A stretch of 64,000 nucleotides of DNA from a virus. Position 1 is the stretch's first letter. Each line of letters starts with the position of its first letter. The translations under genes were made by a program, and so were the position numbers. Below are positions 9,215 to 19,829 of the stretch, in pieces. A model generated the notes under the pieces. That model searched no databases. It was given only the letters and a program-made list of their open reading frames with translations, and was not told the DNA's origin. The stretch lies in IMG/VR virus record IMGVR_UViG_3300028840_008180, positions 1 to 64,000 of that record, one strand, 5' to 3'.

Positions 9215-11545
9215 ATGGCGATTCTCAGGGGTTTTCCACCAAGCAATACAATTAGTCCTAGCATTAGGATCAAAGAAACGGATCAGAGCTTAGTGCTACC
9301 TGCTCCCTCTGTTCACAGAGCGGGTATCGTTGGCTTTTGTTCCAAGGGGCCTATCAACGTTCCCACACCAATAGCGACAAGGCGTGAACTGTATCGCACA
9401 TTCGGGTATGCACACCCCGATGCAAGCGATCCATACATGATCTATGCCGCCGAACAGTTCTTGCTAGTAGCGTCAGAATTGTACATCGTGCGTGTGGCAG
9501 ATGAGACTCCAACAAGTGATGAACAAGCAGAAGTGGCAAGTGTCGATGTTCCAGCTTCTGGAACGACAGTGCAAATTGAGTCCGATACTGCGGGGCCTTA
9601 TACCTTCGCATCGGACACCTTCTTCCGTTGGAGGTTGAACGGTGTCCTGAAGAGTAAGACTCTGGTAGTTATGGCCGACACTTACACGACAGACGAGTTG
9701 GTTGAGACATTGAATGATCAGCTTGAGGCTGAGTTCGATGGCATCGAGTTCTACGCCACGAGTGCCGATGAGATTGCCGTTCAAACCACCTTCGCCTATG
9801 GCCCAGATGCCGAACTTGAAATGGTTTCGGTAGCGGATGCCATGTATGGCGGTGCGGTGATAGACGGAAATGTCGCCGGTCTCGGAACTGGTATGGAGCA
9901 AGCATCCACGACTGGCTCGAACAACAAGTATCCTCAAACAGCATATCAAACTCAGGGTAGGTATGACTTTACTGGTCTTACCGACCTTAACCTTCAAGTG
10001 GTTATCACCGGAACCGACAGTGTCTTGATTGACGATGTTGTTCAGGTGATTGATCTGGAAGACCTCGAAGGGATGGATGTTGGAATTGATGATATTGTTA
10101 TTGAGATTAACTCTCAAGCCCTTGGGTTTACCGCTACTTCAACCGGTGGAAACCTAACCTTGAGTACCGACGCTCACGGGCGAGACTCGGCTCTGCTGGT
10201 GAAACCCGCTAGTACAGCCGATGAGATTTTCGGTTTCGACAACCTGACCGCTACGGGTGTGAGCCCGACTGGTGTCACGGGTGATGCCGATATCCACACG
10301 GTAGGTATTGCCAACGGTGCCGCTGACGGTACCGGCGCAACCACCTTCTCACTTGATGCGGATTCACCAGGAATCGAAGGCAACAACACTGAGGTCGTTA
10401 TCACAGTCGATGACCGCTCAGGAGGCTTCAACATGAATGTCTTCTCAAACGGTGCGGAAGTCGAACAGTGGGGTCCGCTGACCAAAGATGCAACGAGTCG
10501 ATTCTATGTCGAGTCATACCTTTCCTTGGTAAGCGATTTCATTCGAGCCACGGATAACACAGATAACCCCGCAACACCAGTTGCTGGCACTTACGCCTTG
10601 TCAGGCGGTTCAGACGGTATTCCAGCCGATCCTGATGAGCAGGATGCCTTGATCATCGGTAGCGAGATCGGAATGACAGGTATGTTTGCCTTGTCTGACC
10701 CAGAGCAGATCGAAATCGATCTTATCGCTATTCCGGGTCACGCTTCAACAGATGTAATCACCGAGATGCTGCGACTCTGCCGAGATGTCCGTTCAGATTG
10801 TTTCTCGATTGTTGATCCGCCATTTGGATTGACGGTTAACGAGATCGTTGATTGGCAAAACGGAACACACCCGTTGAATCTCACAAGGTTCGATTCGGAC
10901 TTTGGTGCCCTTTACTGGCCATGGTTGCGTTATCGAGATACGACTAACCAAATCGATGTTTGGGTGCCGCCCTCCGGATCAGTTCTAGCTGTATACGCTA
11001 GGTCTGATGACCTTTCTGCACCATGGTTTGCACCTGCTGGCATAACTCGTGGTATCGTTCCTAACATTTCCGACGTGTTCTCACGACCAACATTGGCTGA
11101 GCGAGACCTAATGTACGGGAACAGGAATGCCGTGAACCCAATTATCCAGTTCATAGATGTTCAGGATTACTTGGTTTGGGGTCAGAAAACGCTGCAAAGA
11201 ACGCCAACCGCCCTTGATAGGGTGAATGTACGCCGAATGATGCTCTACGTTGAAAAAGAGATCAAGAGGCAGGCCCGAGTATTACTCTTCGAGCCCCATG
11301 ATGAGGCGTTGCGTGAGCAATTCATTAGCTTGGCTAATGATGTGCTTTCCACCGTCGCAGGTCAACGAGGTATCACAGATTACCTAATCCAGTGCGACGA
11401 AGAATTGAATACGCCCGATGTTATCGACCGTAATGAGTTGCGGGCAAGAATAGGTATCGTACCCACGAAAGCTGTCGAGTTCATTTACATTGACTTCTCG
11501 ATCCATCGCACGGGTGCGTTTGATGAAGGTACCGAAACCTTCTAA
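9215..11545 (+). CDS. contractile tail sheath protein, gp18-like
   Basis: ALYWPW, PPSG, PWFAPAG..RG, WGQKTL, DRVNVRR, FEPHD, PTKAVEFI. Confidence 0.95.
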   Translation: MAILRGFPPSNTISPSIRIKETDQSLVLPAPSVHRAGIVGFCSKGPINVPTPIATRRELYRTFGYAHPDASDPYMIYAAEQFLLVASELYIVRVADETPTSDEQAEVASVDVPASGTTVQIESDTAGPYTFASDTFFRWRLNGVLKSKTLVVMADTYTTDELVETLNDQLEAEFDGIEFYATSADEIAVQTTFAYGPDAELEMVSVADAMYGGAVIDGNVAGLGTGMEQASTTGSNNKYPQTAYQTQGRYDFTGLTDLNLQVVITGTDSVLIDDVVQVIDLEDLEGMDVGIDDIVIEINSQALGFTATSTGGNLTLSTDAHGRDSALLVKPASTADEIFGFDNLTATGVSPTGVTGDADIHTVGIANGAADGTGATTFSLDADSPGIEGNNTEVVITVDDRSGGFNMNVFSNGAEVEQWGPLTKDATSRFYVESYLSLVSDFIRATDNTDNPATPVAGTYALSGGSDGIPADPDEQDALIIGSEIGMTGMFALSDPEQIEIDLIAIPGHASTDVITEMLRLCRDVRSDCFSIVDPPFGLTVNEIVDWQNGTHPLNLTRFDSDFGALYWPWLRYRDTTNQIDVWVPPSGSVLAVYARSDDLSAPWFAPAGITRGIVPNISDVFSRPTLAERDLMYGNRNAVNPIIQFIDVQDYLVWGQKTLQRTPTALDRVNVRRMMLYVEKEIKRQARVLLFEPHDEALREQFISLANDVLSTVAGQRGITDYLIQCDEELNTPDVIDRNELRARIGIVPTKAVEFIYIDFSIHRTGAFDEGTETF

Positions 11546-11570
11546 ACTTTGACATTGAACAGGAGAAACA

Positions 11571-12215
11571 ATGCCATTAACATTATTTAATCCAGCACCC
11601 GGTGGTGACGCCATGGGCGTTGGTTCTGTGGGTATCGGTAACCCCGATGTAGTTTTCAAAAGGAAGTTTCGATGGACTTTTGAAGTAGAGGGCAAGAGCC
11701 GCCAATGTCCGTTCGCAGTTCCTGCATACTTCTGCAAAATTTCCGCTCGACCTAACATCTCTTTTGAAGACACAGAACTCAACTGGTTGAACGACAAGAT
11801 GTGGATTCCTGGTAAGGCTTCTTGGGAAACCATTACAGTAACATATCTTGATGCCGCTGGAACACTGAGCGGGCCTGACGCAGGGGCAAATCTTGGTTTG
11901 TACCAATGGTTGCTGAACGTCTACGACTTTGCCGTTCCAACGGACGGTAATGTCAACTTCACCCTGAAGAGGATGAACTCTAAGCGAAAGGCGTATTCCG
12001 GAGAAGTAACCCTACGTCTCTGGGATGGCTGCGGGCATGAGCTTGAACAATGGAAGCTGTTAGATGCTTGGCCACAGGCTATCAACTTTGGTGATCTCGA
12101 TTACAGTTCTTCGGATACTGTTGACATTGAGTTAACCTTGCGATATTCGATGGTCCAATTCACGCACAAGTGTCCCGATAATCCATACAAACACTGCTGC
12201 GAAGAGTGTGCTTAA
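11571..12215 (+). CDS. tail tube protein, gp19-like (copy 1)
   Basis: KRKFRW, RP.ISF, PGKASWETITVT, AWPQAINFGDLDYSS, LTLRY. Confidence 0.9.
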   Translation: MPLTLFNPAPGGDAMGVGSVGIGNPDVVFKRKFRWTFEVEGKSRQCPFAVPAYFCKISARPNISFEDTELNWLNDKMWIPGKASWETITVTYLDAAGTLSGPDAGANLGLYQWLLNVYDFAVPTDGNVNFTLKRMNSKRKAYSGEVTLRLWDGCGHELEQWKLLDAWPQAINFGDLDYSSSDTVDIELTLRYSMVQFTHKCPDNPYKHCCEECA

Positions 12216-12242
12216 CAACCTGAATAGACAAGAGGAGAATCG

Positions 12243-12878
12243 ATGGCGTCGTTCTTCGACCCAAGAAGACTGGGTATGGGGATCGGCTGGGGTGGTATCG
12301 GTGACGCTAACGTTGTATTCAAACGTAAGTTTCGCTGGACTATGGAAGTGATCGGTAACGGTTGTAAGGTCTATATACCACCCATGTTTGTCACGGTTGC
12401 CGCCCGCCCCCACGTAACATTTGAAGAAGTGGAAGTCAACTTCCTCAACAAAAAGACCTTTTGGGCGGGCAAACCGACATGGGAGCCGATTACCGTCACA
12501 TACCTCGATACTGCCGGGGGTTGGTATAATACCACGACCTGGGGCATCCTCGCATGGCTTAGTGCCGTCTATGATTTCAACGATCCTTTGCGCCGAGAAC
12601 GCCAATCGACAAAACGATGGAACTACATCGCTAATGTTAAGTTAACAATGTACGATGGGTGTGGCAAGCAGATGGAGGAGTGGATTCTTAAAGATGCTTG
12701 GCCAGCAGCAGCGAACTTTGGTGACGTTGACTACAGTGTTTCCGATGTCGCCAATATTGAGCTAACGCTACGTTACTCAGATGTACTTTACTCTGCTACT
12801 TGTGGTCTTAGGGGCTTGGGATGCCTATGTGGCGAATGCGAAGACCCCTCTGCCACCCCACAGGTACAAAATGTGTAG
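12243..12878 (+). CDS. tail tube protein, gp19-like (copy 2)
   Basis: Same motifs as copy 1. Confidence 0.85.
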   Translation: MASFFDPRRLGMGIGWGGIGDANVVFKRKFRWTMEVIGNGCKVYIPPMFVTVAARPHVTFEEVEVNFLNKKTFWAGKPTWEPITVTYLDTAGGWYNTTTWGILAWLSAVYDFNDPLRRERQSTKRWNYIANVKLTMYDGCGKQMEEWILKDAWPAAANFGDVDYSVSDVANIELTLRYSDVLYSATCGLRGLGCLCGECEDPSATPQVQNV

Positions 12879-12889
12879 GATAGAGTAAT

Positions 12890-13567
12890 ATGGCACAAAA
12901 GCCACCAACCTGCGAACACCTAGGAAGGATGAACCTGGACTTCGGCCTCGAAGACTGGAACGTCTGCCAGAAGATGAAGAATCGCTGGTTGTTCAAGATT
13001 GATGGGGTTTCGGCAACTGTCTCTGGTTCGATTAGTGCCTTACCTCCATTGAAAGGTGGCCGTCCCAAGTTGGACTTGGTGGAACAAGAGGTCCAACACT
13101 TGGTGCAAAAGGTCTATTACCCGGTGAAAGCCGAGTGGAAACCCATCCAACTAACCCTGTATGATATAACCCGTCACAACCCCGTATTCCTCTGGCTGGA
13201 AATGGTATACAGTCCCCAACCCTCTGGGGGTTTCTACGAATGGAACCTATTGTCACCTGAATTTTGCCAAGCAACATCGACTCAAGTTCCTTTTGATGAT
13301 CAGCAATCGTGCTTCAAACGAACCGGTGCAATATGCATTTATGGTGGTTGTGGCGAATTGTTGGAAGCTTGGAAGTTGGACAACTGTTGGCCCCAATCTA
13401 TAGATTGGGGCGACTTAGACATGGCCGATAGCAACGTCATCACGGTAGATGTTACCCTTCGTTATGACCGGGCCTACCTCGTCTTCCCAGAACGACCTTC
13501 AACCGCAAGCCCCAACACTTACACAGGGGGCACCAATCTCGGTGGCGTACCAAGCCCTAATAACTAA
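12890..13567 (+). CDS. tail tube-fold protein (copy 3, more diverged)
   Basis: WKPIQLTLYD, CWPQSIDWGDLD, VTLRYD. Confidence 0.75.
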   Translation: MAQKPPTCEHLGRMNLDFGLEDWNVCQKMKNRWLFKIDGVSATVSGSISALPPLKGGRPKLDLVEQEVQHLVQKVYYPVKAEWKPIQLTLYDITRHNPVFLWLEMVYSPQPSGGFYEWNLLSPEFCQATSTQVPFDDQQSCFKRTGAICIYGGCGELLEAWKLDNCWPQSIDWGDLDMADSNVITVDVTLRYDRAYLVFPERPSTASPNTYTGGTNLGGVPSPNN

Positions 13568-13800
13568 CCCAAAAGGTCAGTTAGGTCCTTTTCCAGCAAT
13601 TTCTTCATGTCTGCGAAGTTGTCGTCAAGTTGCTTGGGTTTGAAGTCAAGTACACGGCATGCGCCGCTCTTGTTAAGCCGACCTTTCTTCGTATAACACT
13701 TCGTGTCGTTGAGCAGAAAAGCATCTACGATGTGTCCGTAACCGGCTTTGATTAGTTTCTCGATAAGTTCTTTGGTTTCGATCTCTTCTACGAAATTCAT
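13564..13800 (-). CDS. hypothetical protein
   Basis: 78 aa; SD GGGAG; sigma28-like promoter upstream. Confidence 0.65.
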   Translation of the reverse strand: MNFVEEIETKELIEKLIKAGYGHIVDAFLLNDTKCYTKKGRLNKSGACRVLDFKPKQLDDNFADMKKLLEKDLTDLLG

Positions 13801-13831
13801 GAATCTCCCACGATGTAAGGACCTATAAGTA

Positions 13832-13860
13832 GTATCGTCATATAGAAGTCAAATCTTCAG
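13832..13860 (-). promoter_or_regulatory. sigma28-like promoter
   Basis: CTGAA-N16-GACGATAC. Confidence 0.55.
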
Positions 13861-13871
13861 AAAATCCGACC

Positions 13872-14363
13872 TTAAGATCGAAAATTGCCTATGCGCCGAG
13901 GTGTTCCATCCTTGTACGCCGCCCTGCTTTGTCCATTCGTACCCCAGTCACGGAAGATGTAATCTAACCTATCGATGAGATGGTCATAGTACTTCTTCTG
14001 TAACTCGTGTTGGTTCTTTGCGCCTCGATAGAGTTGCCTGAAATGATTTAGCACGCATGTCGTCATGTAATTGAAGGCTTTTGCCTTCTTGCCATTCTTA
14101 CCAACATACGTGTGGTCGAATCTATCTACTTTCTGTAGCGCAATGAGAACGCCCTCTTGGAGGGCGTCGTCTCGATCAATGAGTTTGAATCCGAAAGCTC
14201 GAATGATATTCTCAGACAACTCATAGAAGAAGTGCGCTAGCTTCGTCTGTAGCTCGTCATATTCCTCTTGGAATTTTGGATCGGTGTCCTTTTTGCGCTT
14301 CGCCTCTTGAAAGAGAGCGATAGTCTCCTCAAGTTGGGAGTTAATGATGTATTCATTTGCCAT
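13872..14363 (-). CDS. phage sigma factor, T4 gp55-like late sigma
   Basis: YIINSQL start; DDALQEG...DRFD...KAFNYMTTCVLNHF region 2; no region 4; probable start MANEY. Confidence 0.75.
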   Translation of the reverse strand: MANEYIINSQLEETIALFQEAKRKKDTDPKFQEEYDELQTKLAHFFYELSENIIRAFGFKLIDRDDALQEGVLIALQKVDRFDHTYVGKNGKKAKAFNYMTTCVLNHFRQLYRGAKNQHELQKKYYDHLIDRLDYIFRDWGTNGQSRAAYKDGTPRRIGNFRS

Positions 14364-14472
14364 AATCACCTTAGAATAGAAAGCTGCCGAGAAAACTGGA
14401 TGTAGAAAATGCCATATAGTATATCTGTACCCGGCTTTCATTTTTCTCAAGAATTTTCTTATTTGAGGTATA

Positions 14473-14718
14473 ATGAGTCAGATAACCAACATTTCAGACC
14501 TCTATGTCGATGTGTTAAGACATCCCTCGTCACCACGCACCTACCGCCAGTTGAAGGAATACTACAAGTCGAAAAAACAGCATCACGAAGCGGATGCGTT
14601 TACTTTCTTACTACAGGATCACTTTGGTGAGCTACCCGAATGGGGTTGGAGAAGATATGAGTCCGCCGAAAATATTCACCCATGTCCTGACGCTGAACAA
14701 CGAGAAGACGATAGCTAG
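14473..14718 (+). CDS. hypothetical protein
   Basis: 81 aa; SD GAGGT. Confidence 0.55.
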   Translation: MSQITNISDLYVDVLRHPSSPRTYRQLKEYYKSKKQHHEADAFTFLLQDHFGELPEWGWRRYESAENIHPCPDAEQREDDS

Positions 14719-15664
14719 ACTCCTCGATTCTTTGACGCCGTTGGGCTGTGATGTGTTGTGTGTCGATCTCGGCTCTTCCGATAAGACCGTCGAGATATGC
14801 TACGACCGAAACGTGGCGATACAGCATGCTCGTGGTCAGAAGGATATGGCATCCGTAAGGAATCGGATTGTTGAAACCGCAGAACACGATTGGCAGTTGT
14901 ATTTGGAGCCGTGGGAGGTATTGGTCGACAACCACCTCCTAACTGCATCGAAGATGCAGTTAGGAGGTGCGTACAGCCTCCGTATTGTCACTGGGGAAAT
15001 GGTAAACCACGAGGTTCGCTTCTGGAACCGTACAGATGGCTTCAAGTTCAAGAATCCCGTTTATGAGCACTTGGATGTGCCAGATGCACAAATCAAGCCA
15101 ATCAACTGCTCGATCTATAGCGACGGCTCGAAGAGTGTGAGCTTAGAGCGGATTTTGGAGTGGAAGCAATCATCGCCCGCCCTTGTTGAGCCGTGCTATT
15201 ACGAGGCATTGTATCACTTGGGTAAGGGTGACTGGAACGGGTTTATAGCGAGTGCGATGCATTACCTATTCAACCGGAAGTTGTCTTCCCAATCATCGAT
15301 CATGATGAAGTACTATCTGGCAATAGCCCTTTGCCACATCGAGAAGAATGCAAACGAGGCCATTAAGCATATTCTGGAGTGCATTGCGGTAAAGCCCCTG
15401 ATGGCCGAGTTCTGGTGCCTGTTGGGCGATGTCCACTACCACTTGCTGCGGGAGTACAAGAAGGCACACCAATACTATCGGAATGCCATGACTCTTGGAT
15501 CGTATCGACTCTCTGACGATCCGTGGCCTATGGAGTTGGCTAAGTACAACAAGTACCCTCAAAAGATGTTGGGGAGTTGCGAGAAGTTGATCGAGGCGAA
15601 CCGGAACTTAGTCCAGGTTCAGTCTTCTTCGGGAGGCGGGATGAAGTCACAAGAAGCACGGTAG
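14657..15664 (+). CDS. GT2-like glycosyltransferase with TPR repeats
   Basis: LTLNNEKTIARLLDSL, VDLGSSDKTVEI, VYEHL; C-terminal TPR-like helices; the DxD position reads EPWE. Confidence 0.75.
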   Translation: MSPPKIFTHVLTLNNEKTIARLLDSLTPLGCDVLCVDLGSSDKTVEICYDRNVAIQHARGQKDMASVRNRIVETAEHDWQLYLEPWEVLVDNHLLTASKMQLGGAYSLRIVTGEMVNHEVRFWNRTDGFKFKNPVYEHLDVPDAQIKPINCSIYSDGSKSVSLERILEWKQSSPALVEPCYYEALYHLGKGDWNGFIASAMHYLFNRKLSSQSSIMMKYYLAIALCHIEKNANEAIKHILECIAVKPLMAEFWCLLGDVHYHLLREYKKAHQYYRNAMTLGSYRLSDDPWPMELAKYNKYPQKMLGSCEKLIEANRNLVQVQSSSGGGMKSQEAR

Positions 15665-16242
15665 TACCGTTGTGCTACCTGTTTACAGTCGTCAGAGAGC
15701 TTCTGGGCCTTTCGTAGCTTCTTTCGGAGTAGTTCGACTCTCTTCTTGAAGTGATCTCGCTCTGCTCGCAGGGCGTGCGTCTGAAGCCATTCTACGATCC
15801 GGTAGGTGTCTTGCTCCTCGACTACCTCACTTGACCAGCCTTCATGCTCAAACAGCTTGGGGAAGACGGTGTCGCCCTCGTGCTTGCCGTAGACCTCGGT
15901 AGCGATGACTTTGTCGACCAATCCTAGGTAGAGGAATCGCCGGTATATCTGCTCCCCGCCAATGACAAATGGCTCGTGACCCGTAGCTAGCTCAATCGCA
16001 TCTTGTGGTGACCTAGCTACAACGAGACCAGCCTGTTCGGGCATTGTTTTGGATATGACGATGTTGACCCGCATTGGCAGAGCACCGTTGGGAAGGCTCT
16101 CGAAGGTCTTACGACCCATGATTACGGCACCGAAGAGGGTAGTCTTCTTAAACCGCTTCAAGTCGGCAGGGATATGCCAAGGGATCACACCCTTATTGCC
16201 GATTACACGACCTTCGTCGTGTGCTACAAGGATCGTTGTCAT
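15619..16242 (-). CDS. folA: dihydrofolate reductase with C-terminal helical extension
   Basis: VIG..G.IPWHIPADLKRFK, IMGRKTFES, VIGGEQIY, GDTVFP. Confidence 0.95.
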   Translation of the reverse strand: MTTILVAHDEGRVIGNKGVIPWHIPADLKRFKKTTLFGAVIMGRKTFESLPNGALPMRVNIVISKTMPEQAGLVVARSPQDAIELATGHEPFVIGGEQIYRRFLYLGLVDKVIATEVYGKHEGDTVFPKLFEHEGWSSEVVEEQDTYRIVEWLQTHALRAERDHFKKRVELLRKKLRKAQKLSDDCKQVAQRYYRASCDFIPPPEED

Positions 16243-16397
16243 GGTGCCTCCTAAGTTTCTTTTCCAGTCGCCCTACCTGGGCTCTCAGTCGTTTGACCTC
16301 GTCAGCGACCTTCCTTCGCTGTTCTATGCAATGGCTACATAGGTTACAGCCGGGACAAAGAGCGGGACCGTATCTTATGTCGGTGTCAGTCATGGCA

Positions 16398-16664
16398 TCA
16401 CATCTTCTCCAACGCCTGTTCGTTTTTCTCATCCCAGATCAGACACAGAACTCCCGCCTTCCACGGCTCGAAGTGGAGTTCGATGTCACCGTACACGTAG
16501 CGGGCTGGTGTCCGGTATTTCCGTGACGTGCAACCCTTGGCGTCAGGTTCACCTACGGCTGTGACAACCTCTTCACGGGTCATGCCGAGCTTGACGGCTT
16601 GGAGCAATTCGTGCTGTTCCATTTCCAATGCCTCGTTGATCTCGCTTTGGATTCGCTCCTGCAC
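16398..16664 (-). CDS. hypothetical protein
   Basis: 88 aa; VKLGMTREEVVTAVGEPD is BamE/BLIP-like. Confidence 0.5.
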   Translation of the reverse strand: MQERIQSEINEALEMEQHELLQAVKLGMTREEVVTAVGEPDAKGCTSRKYRTPARYVYGDIELHFEPWKAGVLCLIWDEKNEQALEKM

Positions 16665-17285
16665 GAGTGGTAGTACTCGTAGATTTCCTTACATCTCTTC
16701 TCGTCGTTGAAGACCCCGAGCCAAAAACAGAACACGTAGTGGGCTGTGGCAAGGAACCAAAGAATGGGTACTGCTAGGAAGTCGCACCACTTAGGGAGGC
16801 TTGCGCCGAGGAAAAACAGCATGACGAATGGCCACGCAAGGATTTTGGCCCATAGGGGGCATTTGTCGTGTTCCTTCAACCATTCCTTCCAGTGCTTTTC
16901 GCACAAAGGTTCTGGAACGTCGTATTGACCGGCTGGTTCGTCACATTTGGCACATTTCATTTGTTCCCCCTGATCTTCTGAATCAAGAACTGAAGACGAA
17001 TACCACCAATCCGGCCACAGCAAGGATATAGCCAACAAATTCGCCCAGTGTCATGGTTTTCCTCTTACCATGTTAGCAATCGCATTCCAAACCGGACCAG
17101 TTTTCGACCCAACCATTTCGGCAGGCCATACCGGACAGCCAGCCAAGCGAAATAGGGCTTGTGATACCAGCGGCCCGTGACCAGGATGTAATACCCTTGG
17201 TTTTGCTTGCCACGCTTGATGAATCGATTTTTCATGTAACGATCTCCAGTTTAGTACTGAAACTAGCATATCAGCCCTAGGGGCT

Positions 17286-17903
17286 TCATGCAATGTCAGT
17301 TTTGAGGACGAAGGCGGCAGTTGACTTGTAAATCTCGTGGTTCTCCCAGATGGAGTTGGAATCGAACAGCTTCTTGATTTTGGCCGTGTATTTGATGCAT
17401 CTGGGGGCACCGTAGTCGTGAATCATCACGAGGGAGCCGGGGAACAGCTTGCCGATCCAGCCATTGTACTCCGCTTGTAAGACCTTAGGCTGGTGGCAGG
17501 TGTCAATGAAGAGAACGCCTACGTCCCCAACTTCATCTGGTGGTGTTCGGGAATCGCCCGTGATAATCGTAGCCTCAAACCCACGCTTGTTGAGGTTGTG
17601 CCGGGCGAGCTTCTCACCATCCTTGGTATTGAACTTTTTACCCTTGAAACGGCACGTTTTCTTACCGAATCTACGGTTCCGCCATACGTCGATACCAAAG
17701 ACTCTCCGATCTGGGAAGGCATAGCATAACGCTGCTGTGGACCGTCCGAAGAGGACGCCGAGATTGACAACATCGCCTGTGGGTGGAGCATACTTTCTAC
17801 AACAGTAGACCATAAATTCCAAGGAGTCGTCAGAATGAAGTCCCGGTATCGACCGAGCCTTTTTCGGTAACTTGGGTAGTTGCTTGCGTGATATTCTTCT
17901 CAT
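17286..17903 (-). CDS. class I SAM-dependent methyltransferase (Methyltransf_24-like)
   Basis: VVNLGVLFGRST, GIDVW, LFIDTCH, MIHDY. Confidence 0.8.
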   Translation of the reverse strand: MRRISRKQLPKLPKKARSIPGLHSDDSLEFMVYCCRKYAPPTGDVVNLGVLFGRSTAALCYAFPDRRVFGIDVWRNRRFGKKTCRFKGKKFNTKDGEKLARHNLNKRGFEATIITGDSRTPPDEVGDVGVLFIDTCHQPKVLQAEYNGWIGKLFPGSLVMIHDYGAPRCIKYTAKIKKLFDSNSIWENHEIYKSTAAFVLKTDIA

Positions 17904-17910
17904 ACCCTAT

Positions 17911-18882
17911 CTATACTTCGACCGGTATCGTTATCTTTGGTTCTGGGGCATAACCCACAATTACAAAGTCCTTCAGTTCGTAAGACAGGATATTATCAGC
18001 TTTCTTCAAGACCAGTTCGGGTGACTTGCCTTCAGGCCGTGCCAGATACTCCTCGACAGCCTCGATCTGGTTGACATAGATGTGACTGTCGACCGTTGTG
18101 TGAATAAACTCATACGGCTCGTAGGAGGCTTGCTGAGCGAACATGTAGACAAGGGCACTATAGAACTGGATATTGGCCGGGACGCCCACAGGGAAGTCAC
18201 AGGAGCGTTGTGTGAGGTGTCCTGAGAGCTTTCCGTCATGCACAAACAACTGGAATGTGAAATGGCATGGCGGGAGCCTAACCCCCTTCATCTGCTGGGG
18301 GTTCCAGAGCGAGAACAGGATTCGGCGTGAATCCGGATTCTCTTTGAGTTCCCTCATCATGTACTTAAGCTGGTCAAAGCCTCTTTCTCCGTACATGTTG
18401 CGGTTACCTCCGATGACCTTAGGGTTGCCGACGTAGGTCATTCTGCGGCGTTTTTCACTGTCCCAATGCGGAGGTTGCTCGACTTGTGGCCTCGGCCATC
18501 GGCCTGACTTTCCGCCAGCGCCGTTACCATAGAACCCACCGAAGTGTCTCAACTGGAATCCATAGACAGGCCCGAATGCGCCCGGAGCGTAGCCATGTTC
18601 CTTCTCGAACTCCTCATCGACCCAGGCTGTCCAGATGTTGGAGCCGAGGTCTTGCAGGTCCTTATTGTTGGTACTACCAGAGAGTATCCAGAGTAATTCG
18701 GCGAATATGGAACGAGGCCACACTTTCCGCTTCGTTAGAAGCGGAAAGTGTGTGTCGATGCGATACCGCTTTTGCATTCCGAAGATAGCCAGGGTATCGA
18801 CACCAGTACGATTCTCTTTGCGGACACCGTCTTCGAGTATTTCACGTAGGGCGTCATCATAGGGTTGTAAGATATACGTCAT
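17911..18882 (-). CDS. thyA: thymidylate synthase
   Basis: NRTG, FPLLTKR, YGFQLR, DSRR, LPPCH, QRSCD, HIYVNQ. Confidence 0.97.
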   Translation of the reverse strand: MTYILQPYDDALREILEDGVRKENRTGVDTLAIFGMQKRYRIDTHFPLLTKRKVWPRSIFAELLWILSGSTNNKDLQDLGSNIWTAWVDEEFEKEHGYAPGAFGPVYGFQLRHFGGFYGNGAGGKSGRWPRPQVEQPPHWDSEKRRRMTYVGNPKVIGGNRNMYGERGFDQLKYMMRELKENPDSRRILFSLWNPQQMKGVRLPPCHFTFQLFVHDGKLSGHLTQRSCDFPVGVPANIQFYSALVYMFAQQASYEPYEFIHTTVDSHIYVNQIEAVEEYLARPEGKSPELVLKKADNILSYELKDFVIVGYAPEPKITIPVEV

Positions 18883-19076
18883 TTCGGTAGTGTTGCCCCC
18901 ATGATCTCAAACCACATGATGTAAGCAACGCCAATACCCGTGAGTTCCCAGACAAGCTTGTGAACTACCTGTTTCCAACCCTCTTTCGGAAGTTCAACAC
19001 CAAGATGTTCATCAATCCTCACACCTGCTATGGATGTGAACAGAACCCAGAACATAAGTAAAATCCAACCGTTCAT
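18879..19076 (-). CDS. small membrane protein
   Basis: 65 aa with two hydrophobic segments. Confidence 0.5.
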   Translation of the reverse strand: MNGWILLMFWVLFTSIAGVRIDEHLGVELPKEGWKQVVHKLVWELTGIGVAYIMWFEIMGATLPK

Positions 19077-19456
19077 ACCATTACTCCTGACTCTTTGACA
19101 ATTACTGTTACTTGGTCCTCGTACCGGGCGACAGCCACCTGCGGATGTCCAACCTTATGCAATTTGTTAAGGACCTCTTCTAGTTTATCGACAGAACAGT
19201 TGATCACATTCCAATGATTTTGGTTCAATTCTTGAACTTCTTCTTCAGGGGATTTGATTTCCCGTCCTGAGAAGTACTTTGCCAGTCGATCTTTGAATTT
19301 GAAGAACTTATCGTAGTACGGTACGTTGCAACCGCACGACGGATTGTTCAATACCTCTGCCATGTCGTTCTTTAGTTCTGGGAAGAGGTTCCGAAATCGT
19401 GCATCAGTCAGTATCGCTTGTTTGATCTCCAAGCGACTTAATCTTCTCTTGGTCAT
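19073..19456 (-). CDS. hypothetical protein
   Basis: 127 aa, NPSCGCN motif. Confidence 0.6.
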   Translation of the reverse strand: MTKRRLSRLEIKQAILTDARFRNLFPELKNDMAEVLNNPSCGCNVPYYDKFFKFKDRLAKYFSGREIKSPEEEVQELNQNHWNVINCSVDKLEEVLNKLHKVGHPQVAVARYEDQVTVIVKESGVMV

Positions 19457-19826
19457 CTTGCTCCAAATCGTCTATGGAAATATTGATGTTCATCTGTAGC
19501 CAGTCAATGGTTGCTCGTGTGAACCAGGACAGGATGCTGATTGCGCACCCGGAAATAATCACGAAGGGCAATATGAGTATGCACGCTGCTAGGAATGTGT
19601 ACTCCAACCTCGGCAACCAAAGCGCTAAAAATGGAGAGCCAATGGCCCCCACCCAAAATCCTGCGCATTGGTGGCAGTCTATCATTTCACTCATCTGGTG
19701 ACCGCCGATTTCGATTCCCGAGTGCTCCCGCCACCACCTCCGAAAGCCACTGGCGATCTTGCTATCGACGATAATAAAGGTCATTCCGATTAAACCGATT
19801 ACAGAGAATACAAACGCATAAGCCAT
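19404..19826 (-). CDS. membrane protein with CxxC (DUF1360-like)
   Basis: Hydrophobic helices; CHQCAGFWVG. Confidence 0.55.
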   Translation of the reverse strand: MAYAFVFSVIGLIGMTFIIVDSKIASGFRRWWREHSGIEIGGHQMSEMIDCHQCAGFWVGAIGSPFLALWLPRLEYTFLAACILILPFVIISGCAISILSWFTRATIDWLQMNINISIDDLEQDDQEKIKSLGDQTSDTD

Positions 19827-19829
19827 TTT

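Noticed and set aside
9215-13567. Bacterial eCIS or tailocin locus
   Set aside because: Neck proteins, gp46/47, UvsW, gp55 and nucleotide genes indicate a phage genome.
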